Notes: generated by a model from the sequence alone, not told the origin. Positions 39,539 through 49,371 are shown, counted from the first letter of the stretch. The stretch is 57,547 nucleotides of DNA from Bacteriovoracaceae bacterium (GCA_018649885.1 JABIHA010000142.1:1-57547); one strand, 5' to 3'. Numbers and translations are program-made.

Positions 39539-39662
39539 TAGTCATTTAATTAGGGACGCTTTGTTATACGCATGAGTTATTGATATGTGAATAGATTTTC
39601 ACAGATTTCAAGAATTAGTGAAATCATTAACGCGGCACAAGAAAAGCTCTGAATTTCTTTTA

Positions 39663-40517
39663 TTAAATCAGCTTAAGAGGAGGAAACCATTGAAGTATAG
39701 AGGATTCACTTGTCTCAGTCTTTGAATTTAAGTCCAAATGATTGTCTAAATATAATCCCCATCCTCTTTCCATAAATTGTGCCCCAAGATTAAACTGGGT
39801 CAAATTTGAAGATTGTTTCTCACAAAGTATGGTGGATAGTCGGAGAACCTTCTTCCACTTTTTCATTTTCCATAGTGCTTGTGCAGACCATAGATCAAAA
39901 TATTTAAGACCACTGCTATCAATGCCACTATTTTTAAAAACCATTTTGAGTGTAGGTGCTAACACCTGCCCCATAAATTGTTCGTAAAAATAAAGAGCAC
40001 CCAATAAGAATGGAGGACTTTGGTAATAACCATAATAAAATGGAAGATGAATATTTGAGAGTTGAATATTAAGCTCAAGCTTTATAGATGCCTTGGAAAG
40101 TACGGAATCGAGTAAGTCTTCAAAATATTTCTCTCGGTATGAAGGCTCCATGGTTTTTTCCACAAAACTAGAAAGAAGTCTTTGAACTTCAATATTTTTC
40201 TCTTCGTGGAAGAGCTTTCTGTACATAGGTACAAGACAAGGCCTTTGGGCCAACTCACACAAAAAACTTGCTAGGAAATCTCTATCGGCATTTTGTAAAA
40301 ATTTGAAAAATGGATGGGCCCCCAGCTTATGCATATAATCCTCATCGAGGATATTAAACTCAAGTCCGGTAGGAGCAGCAGTGTCATCTAACCAGTTGAT
40401 ATTTCGCTCTTCAAGCGCCATCCAACTGGCAAGGTTATCTAAATGATTAGGCCTGATTTGATTTGGGTAAGCATCAAAACATTCTTCTTCCAAGCCTTGG
40501 TGATCTAGAATGGGCAA
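39663..40517 (-). CDS. Heme-oxygenase-like (HDO/TenA/PqqC-fold) protein, possibly degenerate
   Basis: HPFF, LGALYFYEQ, GLKYFDLW pattern; canonical His ligands are not evident. Confidence 0.45.
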   Translation of the reverse strand: MPILDHQGLEEECFDAYPNQIRPNHLDNLASWMALEERNINWLDDTAAPTGLEFNILDEDYMHKLGAHPFFKFLQNADRDFLASFLCELAQRPCLVPMYRKLFHEEKNIEVQRLLSSFVEKTMEPSYREKYFEDLLDSVLSKASIKLELNIQLSNIHLPFYYGYYQSPPFLLGALYFYEQFMGQVLAPTLKMVFKNSGIDSSGLKYFDLWSAQALWKMKKWKKVLRLSTILCEKQSSNLTQFNLGAQFMERGWGLYLDNHLDLNSKTETSESSILQWFPPLKLI

Positions 40518-40721
40518 AGTGTCCCCCAGTAATTTATAGTAGTTGCCGCTCCATATCTATAAGATCCGAAATCCTTAGTCAAACGCCTTCATCAGGGTGC
40601 CCCAAATGACCCATAATCTTGTGAAATCATTATGTATTTCTTTCACAAAACACGCGTGGCGTTATATAAAATGATATATTTGTACTGAATACTTGTATTA
40701 ACGACCGCGGAGTGTAGGCCA

Positions 40722-42620
40722 TTGGAAAAAGATAAAAATCGTTATGATTTAAAAGATCGATTCAATCTTCTCGATACTGCAATTAACGTGGCCATTGAGC
40801 TCGATAAGCTTGTTACAAATGAGCTTGAAGATATTGGTCGCATGGCCATGGATGGGAGTATAAAAAGCTCCTTCAAAAGAGGCAAACTCAAAGAAGACAT
40901 CGATAAATATACCAGTAAACTTCTATTTAGAATGGGCATCACAGCTTCAGGTGCCAAAGTTAAAAGTCGCTTTGATTTTAAAACTCAAAATACCATGCAG
41001 GCCCAATGGCAGCTCCTAAAAAGCATTCTTGAATCTGGAGAGGAAACTCTTTTTGGCAAAGAACACGGATTTGAAGATATTCACAGTATTGAGGATTACC
41101 AAAGTCATGTTCCCGTTCAAAATTACGATAGCCTTAAAAAATATATCGATCTTCACACCCAAGGCATTCAAGATATCCTAGTTAAGGGAAAGCCCCTTTT
41201 ATACGCTACAACAAGTGGGACTACTGGAGAGCCAAAGTACATCCCCATAACTAAAGAGGCCTCTGAGGACTCACATCGGGATGTTGTAAGATTATGGACC
41301 TACCAACTCTTTAAAGATCATCCTGAAGCGTTTGCAGGTAAAATTTTGAGCATTGTCTCCCCTGCAGAAGAAGGGAAAGTCGTTGATGGTACGCCATTTG
41401 GCTCTACCTCTGGCCAGTTGGCAAAAAGTATTGGGAATATTGCCAAGGGTATATATGCTCTCCCTTACGAAATTTTTGAAATAGAGGACTATGAGGCCAG
41501 ATATTACTGCATTCTCTTGCTTGGGATATCACAAGACATTTCAATGATTGGAACCGCCAATCCATCCACAATTTCTCTTCTTGCTAAAAAAGGTAATGAG
41601 TTAAAAGAAAACCTGATTAGAGACATTCGAAACGGTTATTTAAGTGATGATGTAAATGTAGATGATAAGGCCCGCTACATAATTGATACCCTATTAAATC
41701 CAAATCCTAAATTGGCCAATATACTAGAGCGCAAATATAAAAGGGATAGGGAGGGAAAGCTTAGACCTATTCACTATTGGCCCAAATTATCTTTAATCAC
41801 TTGTTGGACTGGTGGCAACTCTTCTATTTTTATGAAGCAAGTCTCACAGTGGTACCCTAAATGCAGAGTAAGAGATCTGGGCTATTTGGCATCAGAAATG
41901 AGAGGTTCTGTCCCCTTGTGGGATGAGACAAATGCTGGAGCTCTCACCATTCATGAAAACTTTTTTGAGTTTGTAGAAATAAGCGATATAGATTCTGAAA
42001 GTCCACGGTATTTAAATTGTGAAGAAATCCAAGTAGGAAAGAGATATTATATTTTTATTACAACAAAGGCCGGTTTATACCGCTACAATATCAATGATAT
42101 TGTGGAAGTCATGGGCCATTACAATACTACCCCTTGCATCACCTTCGTCCAAAAAGGAAGAGGTGTCACAAATATTACTGGTGAAAAACTATACGAACAA
42201 CAACTTCAAAAAGCAGTAGAAGAAGCCGAAAAAGAAGAAGATGTTAAAGTAAAGTTTTTCATAGGTCTTGCCAAGGCCGATGAATCCGAATACGACTTGT
42301 ACACTGAATTTGTTGCAGAAAATACTTGCTCTGTTGATAGTGCCAAACTTAAATTATTTATCGACAGTGTTGAAAGACACTTGCAAAAAATCAATATCGA
42401 ATACAAGGCAAAACGAAAGTCCCTTAGACTAAATGCCATCACAGTCAAAAAAATTGAAAGTGGTTCATTTGAGTCTTTCAAGGCCATGAGAGTTTCCCAA
42501 GGAATAAGAGAGACCCAATTCAAATCAACTCCACTAACCCAAGATAGCGAGTTAACAAAAAATTTCAATGTTACAGACAGTGCTCAGGCGGAGCAAGTGG
42601 GCCAATACACATTACAATAG
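40722..42620 (+). CDS. GH3-family acyl-acid amido synthetase
   Basis: TTSGTTGEPKYIP, YLASE, GLYRYNINDIV, TGEKL. Confidence 0.92.
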   Translation: MEKDKNRYDLKDRFNLLDTAINVAIELDKLVTNELEDIGRMAMDGSIKSSFKRGKLKEDIDKYTSKLLFRMGITASGAKVKSRFDFKTQNTMQAQWQLLKSILESGEETLFGKEHGFEDIHSIEDYQSHVPVQNYDSLKKYIDLHTQGIQDILVKGKPLLYATTSGTTGEPKYIPITKEASEDSHRDVVRLWTYQLFKDHPEAFAGKILSIVSPAEEGKVVDGTPFGSTSGQLAKSIGNIAKGIYALPYEIFEIEDYEARYYCILLLGISQDISMIGTANPSTISLLAKKGNELKENLIRDIRNGYLSDDVNVDDKARYIIDTLLNPNPKLANILERKYKRDREGKLRPIHYWPKLSLITCWTGGNSSIFMKQVSQWYPKCRVRDLGYLASEMRGSVPLWDETNAGALTIHENFFEFVEISDIDSESPRYLNCEEIQVGKRYYIFITTKAGLYRYNINDIVEVMGHYNTTPCITFVQKGRGVTNITGEKLYEQQLQKAVEEAEKEEDVKVKFFIGLAKADESEYDLYTEFVAENTCSVDSAKLKLFIDSVERHLQKINIEYKAKRKSLRLNAITVKKIESGSFESFKAMRVSQGIRETQFKSTPLTQDSELTKNFNVTDSAQAEQVGQYTLQ

Positions 42621-42636
42621 GAGCAATTTAAAAACT

Positions 42637-43794
42637 ATGGAAATAAAATCAGTAAGAGTAAGGAAACTCTACATCCCTTTCAAAATAACCTTTAAGCACT
42701 CACTTGCAGAGCATTCTGATGTAGAGTCAATTATTTTGGAAATAGAAACGAAGAAGGGTCACATAGGACATGGTGAGGCCATACCTAGGGTTTATGTCAC
42801 CGGAGAAAGCGTTGAGAGTGTATTTAATCATCTGAAAAACAATATTGCGCCAAAGCTTTTAGGGATGTTCTTTGATACGCCTAGTGAGCTCATTCATTGG
42901 CTCAATTCTTTTAATGAACATTTTCCCTCTCTATCAGAAAAAGACCTATGTGTGAGAACTGCTGTTGACTTGTCCCTCTTAGATGCTATGGGAAAGGAAG
43001 TGGGCGAAAACGTTGCCAGCTTTTTTGGTGGAATCAAAAGAAAAAAGCCTATGTACTCTGCAATACTGTCAGCGGATACACCTAAAAAGATTGAAAGAAT
43101 TTTAAAAAGATATAGATTTCTGATGCTCAGACAAGCTAAGCTGAAGGTAGGACAAGATCACAAATGTGACTTATCAAACCTTAAACTCATCAGGAAATTT
43201 CTTGGCAAAAATGCTCAAGTACGAGTAGACGCTAATGCCCTGTGGGACTTAGAAACAGCAAAGTCGAGGTTATCCGACTTTGCTGAGCTCGGAGTTATTT
43301 CAGTAGAACAGCCAATGCCTGTCGCTTTGAAAGAGGACTACCCTAAATTAGTTGAATTCCTGAAAGGAAAAATGCACATTAGCATTGATGAAAGCCTGTG
43401 TTCCTATGAAGATGGAAAGTGGATGATAGAAAATCGTGGATGTACTATTTTTAATCTCAGAGTTTCAAAAAATGGCGGCATTACAAACACTCTTAGGCTC
43501 TACCACCTGGCCCTCCAAGGCGGGATAAAATGCCAATTGGGAGCGCAAGTTGGTGAGACATCTATCCTGTCCAGTGCAGGGAGATTAATCGCAGGAATCA
43601 CGGGAGATCTTCTATTTCACGAGGGAAGCTTTGGCACTCATCTACTCAAAAAAGATATCACCAACAAACCTCTTATGTTTGGAATCGGTGGAAAAGGTGC
43701 CACAAAAAAACTTACTAAAAAGGTGGGCCTTGGGATAAAGGTCAACCAAAAGACTTTGGACAAATTTACTCAAGAATCTTATCTAATCTACTGA
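42637..43794 (+). CDS. Enolase-superfamily enzyme (muconate cycloisomerase / dipeptide epimerase subgroup)
   Basis: AGGAG RBS before ATG at 42637; GHGEA, KLKVG, DAN, EQP, DES, NLRVSKNGG, GETS. Confidence 0.9.
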   Translation: MEIKSVRVRKLYIPFKITFKHSLAEHSDVESIILEIETKKGHIGHGEAIPRVYVTGESVESVFNHLKNNIAPKLLGMFFDTPSELIHWLNSFNEHFPSLSEKDLCVRTAVDLSLLDAMGKEVGENVASFFGGIKRKKPMYSAILSADTPKKIERILKRYRFLMLRQAKLKVGQDHKCDLSNLKLIRKFLGKNAQVRVDANALWDLETAKSRLSDFAELGVISVEQPMPVALKEDYPKLVEFLKGKMHISIDESLCSYEDGKWMIENRGCTIFNLRVSKNGGITNTLRLYHLALQGGIKCQLGAQVGETSILSSAGRLIAGITGDLLFHEGSFGTHLLKKDITNKPLMFGIGGKGATKKLTKKVGLGIKVNQKTLDKFTQESYLIY

Positions 43795-43942
43795 TTCCCA
43801 ATGAAATTAACAGAGTATTTTAGTACTTCAAAAATATTTTTTGCAGTTGGTAAAATTAAGTATTTACGTCTGTTTACCACCAATTTATCATAGAGATGAA
43901 AACAAAAATCATTGAATTTTATCCAGGGAAGGAGATATTACA

Positions 43943-45019
43943 ATGACCGCCGATTTTATTTCATACAAAAAAGCTTGCCAAATATTTGATAGCAACTTGG
44001 ATAAGTCAAAGCTCTTAGAGCTTGAAGCGAGTGGTGCCACCGCTCCCCTTAAGAAATTTAAATCAGGTGCACTATTTAAAAAGGGTTGGGAAATGAAAGA
44101 TCTCCCATCCATTGGAAGAGAGTTCGGATTCCTGCCTAGCTTTGAGTCCCCCATGTCCATTGCCGTTTTTACCACTAAAGGTGGAGTTCTCAAAACAACA
44201 CTCACCTACAACGTGGCAAGAATGGCGGCCTTACATGGCCTTAGAACCGTTGTTGTTGGTTTGGACATGCAAGGTGATGTGACAAACACTCTAGGACATG
44301 AAGACCACGAGGGCGATGGTAGTGAGCTGACAGAAGAGCTGATGAGAAAAATCAATGAAACTCAGGGCCTTTACGATGTGTTTATGGGAAATGCTCTCGT
44401 TGAGGAGACTTTGTACAGTACTGAGCTTCCGAATTTATTCTACATCCCTGAAACACCAGAGCTTGCCTCACTAGCCGAATCAATTGGTCAAATTAACCGA
44501 AGAGAATATTGGCTCACTGAAAAAATAATAAATCCATTAAAAGAGAAATTTGATTTAGTGATTATGGACTGTTCACCTAATTGGAACAAGTTAACCACCA
44601 ACGCTCTCGTGGCATGTGATACTCTTTTATCTCCCCTTGAGTGCAAAATTAATAACTTCAGAAATTTCAAAGTATTTAAGCATTTTCTTGGCGAATTTCT
44701 AGATGATATGAGACTTGATTTTAAAACAATTTTTATTCCCACAAAATTTTCTAACCAAAAGAAATTATCAAAAGAAATTGCCCAGTGGTACCTTGAAAAT
44801 GTTCCAGGGTGCACTACTGGTGGCATCAGAGAAAGTGTTGTTTCAGAAGAAGCTCAAGCAATGAGATTATCCCTGATTGAGCACGCCCCTAAGTCAAATG
44901 CTGCTATAGAGATGAGATCCCTTCTGATGGAAGTTTTCTCACAATTTGAACCAAAGAAATCCAGAGTGACCCCGCGCATGGATATGAATAAATCTACAGA
45001 ATTCCCAAAATTTAATTAA
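43943..45019 (+). CDS. Orphan ParA/Soj-family ATPase
   Basis: TKGGVLKTT, LDMQGD, MDCSP. Confidence 0.85.
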   Translation: MTADFISYKKACQIFDSNLDKSKLLELEASGATAPLKKFKSGALFKKGWEMKDLPSIGREFGFLPSFESPMSIAVFTTKGGVLKTTLTYNVARMAALHGLRTVVVGLDMQGDVTNTLGHEDHEGDGSELTEELMRKINETQGLYDVFMGNALVEETLYSTELPNLFYIPETPELASLAESIGQINRREYWLTEKIINPLKEKFDLVIMDCSPNWNKLTTNALVACDTLLSPLECKINNFRNFKVFKHFLGEFLDDMRLDFKTIFIPTKFSNQKKLSKEIAQWYLENVPGCTTGGIRESVVSEEAQAMRLSLIEHAPKSNAAIEMRSLLMEVFSQFEPKKSRVTPRMDMNKSTEFPKFN

Positions 45020-45031
45020 AGGAACCTGCGC

Positions 45032-45358
45032 ATGGCGATCGGATTAAAAGACATTGAGAAATCAAAGAGGAAGCCTAGCTCTCAAGGTGGTCCAGATAGA
45101 GCAAAACAGAACAAAAAAAGACCTTGGTCAAATGTTGATCCATTCATTGAAAACCCTCTCGCCAATAAGGCCAAATCAATTGCAATGAGAAAACGGGGAG
45201 CTGCCACGACTCCGGAAAAGCCTGCAACCACAAATAGGCCAGTAAATCATCTCAAACATGAAACTCAAAACGGACACTATATACATGAAGAACATGAGGA
45301 ATTTAGAGAAGCTCCTGGCTTTCTAAAATTATTGAAGTACCTTGTCTCAGAATTATGA
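45032..45358 (+). CDS. Small basic hypothetical protein, probable ParA partner
   Basis: AAGGA RBS; 12 bp after parA; KKRPW motif. Confidence 0.6.
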   Translation: MAIGLKDIEKSKRKPSSQGGPDRAKQNKKRPWSNVDPFIENPLANKAKSIAMRKRGAATTPEKPATTNRPVNHLKHETQNGHYIHEEHEEFREAPGFLKLLKYLVSEL

Positions 45359-46492
45359 TGCTTTTTTCAGGTCACTGACTATCTTTTCATAGGCAGATTT
45401 GATTTTCACAAACTCCTCATGAACTACTTTGCACTCACTTTCGCTTAAGTTGCTTAAATCAACCTGATCGGGATGTTTTTTCAAGGCCAGTTTGCGGTAA
45501 GATTTTTTAATGTGATGTAAGCTGTCTCCCTCCTTGCATCCTAATAAGACATAATCACTACTAGACTCAATTGCATCTGCTTCAGGAGGTGACTCAAACC
45601 TCTCTTTTTTAGAATTTTGTTTTTCTTTCTCTTGATCCTTGAAATTGCTAAACTTGAAAAATGCCTTATCAATTTCTGAGCAGAGTTGTGAAAAGTCATC
45701 TATTTCACGGCATAACTTAAACACTACATTTTCTTTCTTACTCATTGTTAATTGAGTGAGCTTTAAGCTGGCCTTTTCCCAGCTTTGCTCAATTAAAGTG
45801 GTGCATGCATTTGAAGACATTTGTGCCTTTGTAAGAAAGAAAAAAGTCAGTGTTTTCTTCAGCTTACTAGCTTCTATATTAGTTTTTGCTTCAAGAGTAC
45901 AAAGTAGTTCATTATTAATATCATGCCCATTTTCAGCAATCTCTAATAATTCGCGGGTCGCAATACTCACCAGCATTTTCTCTACCAAAACCTTGTACAA
46001 AGGCGGATTACCCTCCTCAATGGTTTTCGACTTGAGTAAAGTTTCACAGGCCTCTAAAAGACACCCATTACTTATGTCATGGCCAACTATTGAAGAGAAT
46101 TGTGTTTTAACCCCGATAAGCCCGCTTCCTTTTCCTCGGTAGAGGTCTTTTAAAAAAAGTAGCACTCTCTCAAATGATTTTTTCCCATCTTGGACACTTA
46201 CTTCACGCCAATGATCAAAATATATATCGTAGAGCCTCCAGTCTGGTTTTTGAGACTCAAGCTCACCTTCCCCACTCTCACTACGATTTTTTTGATTGGC
46301 CCTTTTAGGGGAGACAGAATTTTTCATTTTTGATAGGTGATAAAAAACAAATGAATCGATAGATGAGTTAGAGTTTTCCTTATTTTCTTTCCACCTATCA
46401 AAGGCGATTTTGACCACACGAGATAAAATCAACCCCACCACCATAATAAATAGTGAGAGCATAATTTTATTCATTATGAGCTGTGAGTTCAT
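45353..46492 (-). CDS. Membrane-anchored protein with C-terminal J-domain
   Basis: N-terminal TM; IKKSYRKLALKKHPD...IKSAYE. Confidence 0.85.
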   Translation of the reverse strand: MNSQLIMNKIMLSLFIMVVGLILSRVVKIAFDRWKENKENSNSSIDSFVFYHLSKMKNSVSPKRANQKNRSESGEGELESQKPDWRLYDIYFDHWREVSVQDGKKSFERVLLFLKDLYRGKGSGLIGVKTQFSSIVGHDISNGCLLEACETLLKSKTIEEGNPPLYKVLVEKMLVSIATRELLEIAENGHDINNELLCTLEAKTNIEASKLKKTLTFFFLTKAQMSSNACTTLIEQSWEKASLKLTQLTMSKKENVVFKLCREIDDFSQLCSEIDKAFFKFSNFKDQEKEKQNSKKERFESPPEADAIESSSDYVLLGCKEGDSLHHIKKSYRKLALKKHPDQVDLSNLSESECKVVHEEFVKIKSAYEKIVSDLKKAS

Positions 46493-46499
46493 GAGCTGA

Positions 46500-46527
46500 T
46501 AATCGGCTAATTCAAGAGCAAAGTTGA
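46500..46527 (-). promoter_or_regulatory. Sigma28-like promoter of the J-domain gene
   Basis: Minus strand TCAA-N16-GCCGATTA. Confidence 0.4.
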
Positions 46528-46554
46528 CTAGTTTTGTTTGTTATTCAGCCCATA

Positions 46555-47208
46555 TCAATAAGATTTATGGATAAACTTACCCAGCTGTTGGTGGATGCTA
46601 CCCGCAGCCTTAAAGCATCCAAATGCCACAAAAGGGGCGACAAGAACATCAATTGTGTAGTGCAAGTGCTGTAGTAAGACCAAAACACCTATTATTGGGA
46701 TCAAGAAAGCGAGAGCTCGTTTAACTACTTTATTTTCAACAATCAGAAATAAAATCGTGGTTGTAGCAGTATGGCCTGAGAAGAAGAGGTCCCTTGTAAG
46801 TAGCTTTCCCCCTGTGGAGAATAGACCCACAAGAGGATCATCTAAAACTATTGTTGTTATGGGTGGATCAAGGGGTGTTACATACATCATGATGATTCTC
46901 GTAAGTATCATCAAATTATAGCTCAGAATACCTCGCAGAAGTACTGCGGGATTTTTGTAGCTTACAAAAACCACAGTCACTATTGGCAGATAAACTAAAA
47001 TATTAATAGGGAGGCTCAAATTTATTGGCGCAAATAACTTTAAGATAGGATCATCCAATATGACCCCAGGCCTAGTTTCAACTAATTCTAAAAATCCACC
47101 GTAACCCATCATACTCACGACAAGACAAAGTAGACAGATAGCGAAAAGGCCAATTTTTCTGGGACTCCCCCCTAACTCGCTCCAGCTATTCAAATATATC
47201 ATCCCCAT
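46555..47208 (-). CDS. Sphingomyelin-synthase-like PAP2 membrane enzyme
   Basis: Multiple TMs; DLFFSGHT and HYTIDV motifs. Confidence 0.8.
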   Translation of the reverse strand: MGMIYLNSWSELGGSPRKIGLFAICLLCLVVSMMGYGGFLELVETRPGVILDDPILKLFAPINLSLPINILVYLPIVTVVFVSYKNPAVLLRGILSYNLMILTRIIMMYVTPLDPPITTIVLDDPLVGLFSTGGKLLTRDLFFSGHTATTTILFLIVENKVVKRALAFLIPIIGVLVLLQHLHYTIDVLVAPFVAFGCFKAAGSIHQQLGKFIHKSY

Positions 47209-47256
47209 AATCTCTCAAATAAACTATTCCTTATCTTAGAGCAATCTCCTCCTAAT

Positions 47257-47281
47257 AAAAAGACCCACCAATTGGTGGGTC
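47257..47281 (-). terminator. Intrinsic terminator of the VOC gene
   Basis: gacccacc-aatt-ggtgggtc followed by a U-tract on the minus strand. Confidence 0.75.
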
Positions 47282-47293
47282 CGAATTTTACTC

Positions 47294-47689
47294 TTAATGT
47301 AAATCACCTCCAAACTTCTCTGAAATCTCAATTTCAATCCCACTAGGATCTAAAACATAGATGGAGTTTGATTTTTCATATCCATATTCCTGCTCAATTG
47401 GAATGTTGAGCTTATCAAGTGCCGCTTTCACATGGCCGTAATTGCTTACATGAAATCCTAAATGGTTTAGGTATTTCTTAGATCTATCACCCTCAACAGG
47501 TCTGTCTAGATTTTCATAGAGGCAAAGATAAGCAGCATCAGAGGCACCTATGATGGCATAACTGCTCCCACTAGCACTTATCCCTTGTTCTTTGACCTCA
47601 AAACCAAATAGAAGGTTATAGAAATTAATACTTTCTTGAAGATTCACAACATTTAAATTGAGATGATCTAATCCGCTAACTGATAACAT
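47294..47689 (-). CDS. VOC / glyoxalase family protein
   Basis: LDHLNLNV, FYNLLFGF, NHLGF, DPSGIEIE. Confidence 0.9.
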   Translation of the reverse strand: MLSVSGLDHLNLNVVNLQESINFYNLLFGFEVKEQGISASGSSYAIIGASDAAYLCLYENLDRPVEGDRSKKYLNHLGFHVSNYGHVKAALDKLNIPIEQEYGYEKSNSIYVLDPSGIEIEISEKFGGDLH

Positions 47690-47703
47690 GGTACTTCTCC
47701 TTT

Positions 47704-47829
47704 TTATAATACTCTTGCTGAGTAGATTGCCTGAACATAGGCTGATTCAATTGAACTAAATTTTGCTTCCTGTGCTTCACCTCTAATAAAGTCAAATACA
47801 GGTAATATAAATAAAATGAATTTACTCAT
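47704..47829 (-). CDS. Small ORF, 41 aa, upstream of the VOC gene (not in ORF track)
   Basis: AAGGAG RBS; MSKFILFILPVFDFIRGEAQEAKFSSIESAYVQAIYSARVL; its stop abuts the VOC RBS. Confidence 0.5.
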   Translation of the reverse strand: MSKFILFILPVFDFIRGEAQEAKFSSIESAYVQAIYSARVL

Positions 47830-48113
47830 TTCTTGCTCCTTTTTTTAGGTTTCCTGGATAGAGAATGCCTTAGGACTAGCGATAGGTTAATTTGATTAAT
47901 GTAATAATTCGATTACATTAAACAATGATCACCCGAAAAATCAGCCACTTATAGATAAAAGTAAAAAAAATGAAACTTTTTCAACACTTGAGCGTATTAC
48001 TCTTAGGTGGGGAATAGAATTACCGTGCGCTCAGCTCAGCTAGCTCCGGAGACATGTTTATTCCAATTAAATTTATTTAGTTTTGATGACAACTTTTTAA
48101 AGAGGATAGACCA

Positions 48114-48923
48114 ATGTACGACAGCAAAGCAATTAGCTTTCTCAAGGAAAAATTTGAACAAAGAAAGAGTGCTGAAAAAAATTACGGCCTCAGAGAAATG
48201 GCAAGAGAAGTCAATGTCTCTCCTGCTCTTTTGTCTCTTATTTTTTCAGGTAAGAAACCTCTCAGTCTAAAATCGGTCATTAAAATTTCGCAAACCTTTT
48301 TTAAAGACAAAATAGAATCTGAACTTTTTAAACTCTATTTTCAACTTAAAGATCAAAACAATCCTGAGATTGATGATATTAGGGCGCGTGCAAAAAGTTG
48401 TGAACTTCTATTAAATAAGAGAAGTTGGCACATGGAAGAAGGCCAGAATCTTGTGTGGAAGGACCTCGCTCTTTTAGAGTTAATAAATATTAAGAACCCA
48501 CAAAACAGTGAAGAAGAACTTAAAAAACTGGGGCAATTTATTGACCTATGCAGGGCCGAATTACAAGAATCCTTAAGAAGACTTATTAAGGCAGACTTAA
48601 TATTTATCGACAGAAACATATTCTACAAGAAAACAAGCCTAAGCCTTAAAGGGCAAAGTTTTTCAAGTGATAGAACAAAAGAAATTCATCAAGGCTTTAT
48701 TAATGAGGCGCTAAAATCTTTTAATACTCAGGCAATTGAAAACAATTACATTAATACTCAAACTCTCTCTGTAACCAAAGAAGATTTAAAGACTTACATA
48801 GACTTAATTAAGGATTTCTATTCCAAGGCCATAGCCCTTGGACTGAGAGAAGAAAATAATAAGGCCGATGGTCTTTATACTTTGAATATTCAATTTTTTG
48901 ACATCACCCAGGGCAAGCTCTAA
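48114..48923 (+). CDS. TIGR02147/DUF4423-type HTH protein
   Basis: YGLREMAREVNVSPALLSLIFSGKK; C-terminal LYTLNIQFF. Confidence 0.8.
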   Translation: MYDSKAISFLKEKFEQRKSAEKNYGLREMAREVNVSPALLSLIFSGKKPLSLKSVIKISQTFFKDKIESELFKLYFQLKDQNNPEIDDIRARAKSCELLLNKRSWHMEEGQNLVWKDLALLELINIKNPQNSEEELKKLGQFIDLCRAELQESLRRLIKADLIFIDRNIFYKKTSLSLKGQSFSSDRTKEIHQGFINEALKSFNTQAIENNYINTQTLSVTKEDLKTYIDLIKDFYSKAIALGLREENNKADGLYTLNIQFFDITQGKL

Positions 48924-49080
48924 CCGCTTATCTGCAAAGCAGCAATCCCTTTACTGGACGTGCTTTGGTCAATGTTGTGGGGCAAAAATCTCACTACCTT
49001 TTCACCATTATAGATGCTAAAAATGTTGCTTTAAAAACTTACGCTCACAAATTAACGAGCTAAAATAGGCATCAAAAATT

Positions 49081-49371
49081 ATGAATACAAAACTTTATGT
49101 TGGAAACTTATCTTTCAAAATAAGCGAACAAGAACTTCAAGAACTTTTTGCTCCATATGGTGAGGTCAAATCGACAAAAATCATTATGGATAAAATGTCT
49201 GGAAGAAGCCGTGGATTTGGCTTTGTTGAAATGGACTCAGATGATGATGCCAAAGAAGCAATAGACAAACTAGATGGCAAAGATTCTCAAGGCCGAGCTC
49301 TCAAAGTCAATATTGCTAAAGACAGAGAAGCTGGAGCACAAAGGGCCCCAAGAGATAATTTTAACAGATAG
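49081..49371 (+). CDS. RRM RNA-binding protein
   Basis: LYVGNL (RNP2), RGFGFVEM (RNP1). Confidence 0.95.
   Translation: MNTKLYVGNLSFKISEQELQELFAPYGEVKSTKIIMDKMSGRSRGFGFVEMDSDDDAKEAIDKLDGKDSQGRALKVNIAKDREAGAQRAPRDNFNR

Noticed and set aside
42568..42636. 53-bp overlap of the GH3 and enolase ORFs
   Set aside because: Artefact of the longest-ORF start; the RBS supports ATG at 42637.
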